Shown in pieces: positions 37,002 through 38,915 of a stretch of 38,915 nt of DNA. How positions within the stretch are numbered: position 1 is the stretch's first letter; every line of letters begins with the position of its first letter. A model generated the notes under the pieces. The model did no database searches and was not told the DNA's origin. It saw nothing but the letters and a program-made list of their open reading frames with translations. Source of the DNA: Octopus bimaculoides (lineage: Eukaryota). A program made the translations under genes and the position numbers. Where the stretch lies: the NCBI RefSeq assembly GCF_001194135.2, contig NC_068982.1, forward strand, positions 178,513,539 through 178,552,453. The letters run 5' to 3'.

Positions 37002-38759
37002 TTATCTATCGATCTATCTATACACACACGCGTATAAAAAGAAGCTTTAACATGTACATTTACCAAACACAAATGATAATGCTAACAGAATATTTTAATA
37101 AGGGACGAGAACACCTGATAAAATGCATAGCTGACACTTCTCAGAGTGACTTTAAAAATAGTTAATAATTTAGAGGTATCTTATCTCTTCTAGACAATCT
37201 ATCTATCCATTTCAATAAATTGATTAAATTTAAGATTTTTAATTAATAAACTTCTGTATTAGACGAGTGGTGTCTGAGACAAATGTACTTAAACTGATTC
37301 CACCATTCCAACTTTTTCCATTATCTATAGATAAGTTTCATGAAAGTATTTATAAGTGCTTCTTGTTCGTTAAATAACGATATTTATTAAGAATTTCAAC
37401 TGTTTTTCATACATTATGTTTATTTCATTTCAGTTATATGTCTAAATATACTGTTTTTATATACACACATATATGTATATATATATGTATATGTATATAT
37501 ATNNNNNNNNNNNNNNNNNNNNNNNNNNNNNNNNNNNNNNNNNNNNNNNNNNNNNNNNNNNNNNNNNNNNNNNNNNNNNNNNNNNNNNNNNNNNNNNNNN
37601 NNNNNNNNNNNNNNNNNNNNNNNNNNNNNNNNNNNNNNNNNNNNNNNNNNNNNNNNNNNNNNNNNNNNNNNNNNNNNNNNNNNNNNNNNNNNNNNNNNNN
37701 NNNNNNNNNNNNNNNNNNNNNNNNNNNNNNNNNNNNNNNNNNNNNNNNNNNNNNNNNNNNNNNNNNNNNNNNNNNNNNNNNATATATATAACTATATATA
37801 TATATATATACATACCCAAGTGTTATTAGCCTCTCCAGTTCAGAGTTAGGATATAGTATAAGTAATTTCGTATTAATATGTTGTTAGCTTTTGATCTCGA
37901 CATTAATGTTCTGTGTGGCTGATAACTGTAAGAAATTTCTATCACAAAATTAAATCTTTCATTGGATATAAGAGGAGAATGTATCAGAGGTAATAAATAA
38001 TTTTCTCAACATATACATACGCACAGATATATGCATGCATCACACCGATTCAAATACATACATACGCGCACCCTCATGCACACATACTTGTACTTTTGCT
38101 TGTAACTTGTGTTTGATTCACTTTAAGTTAAAGAGATCACCTTGAGTCAAGTTAATGCATTTATTGTTTAAGTTTTCTATAATTCCTAATACTTCTCTGT
38201 ATACTTGGTGGTTGATAAAAATCACGAGTGGAATTGCTTCTAGCAGTCTAAATAACGTATTTCCATATTATCAGAGGTATATAAATAACTAATTGTTAAA
38301 CGAAAAATAATAAAAATTGTGAAAATGCCAATGTCTGTTCTGTTAGCTTCTAGAAGGCTTGTAACACAATGAAGTTCGTAGTGTTTGTTGAAAAAAAAAT
38401 CAACAACAAAAACTATTATGTATGTTTTTATAAAGTTTGAATTAGCGCACAAATTGAATTTCTAAACTTGCGAAGACTTAACTAGATAGAACAGAACAAT
38501 TCGGAAACACTCATCAATCACAGAAACACTCTTGAAGCTCTGTAATCATTCAAAGAGATATAATTTGCTTTTTTTAAAGACATTTCTATATATTTTGATT
38601 AAATTTCCAAATATTTCTAGAAGAAATCACTAAAATGTGTGAAATAAAATAGTTTCTTAAATATAAAGTTAACATAAAGTCACCAACAGTGCACACAACC
38701 TCTGCTTGTAGAGAGTTGGACCCAGCTCTGAGATGTTGGTTCTACGTTCTTCCGTCACT

Positions 38760-38760
<1 letters not shown>

Positions 38761-38813
<53 letters not shown>

Positions 38814-38861
38814 GTCTGTCTGTCTGTCTATCTACCTATATCTCTATCTATCTATATTTGG

Positions 38862-38915
<54 letters not shown>
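38761..38915. repeat. Compound microsatellite (TATC)n-(TGTC)n ... (TG)n
   Basis: Directly visible; it runs off the end of the window. Confidence 0.97.

Noticed and set aside
38682-38740. Possible multi-branch RNA fold closed by ACCAACA/TGTTGGT
   Set aside because: The helices are short, and it matches no RNA family I recognise.

Overview
AT-rich, repeat-dominated eukaryotic intergenic or intronic DNA with seven N gaps, most of them beside microsatellites. The SINE families resemble those I know from octopod cephalopods (inference, not verified). I cannot support any intact host protein-coding gene; most supplied ORFs are microsatellite or N artefacts, and the rest are decayed retroelement fragments. 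The window holds several tRNA-derived SINEs and fragments of CR1-like, RTE and R4/Dong-like LINEs. It also holds Penelope-like GIY-YIG fragments, an internally deleted Gypsy element and a Tigger/pogo-like MITE. The main signal is a complete type I hammerhead ribozyme motif at 31713-31764 (+), followed by a run of small hairpins. A second, more degenerate hammerhead lies inside a 132-bp foldback at 15815-15946 (-). Both are detached from any Penelope ORF, which suggests non-autonomous ribozyme-bearing (retrozyme-like or solo pLTR) elements.
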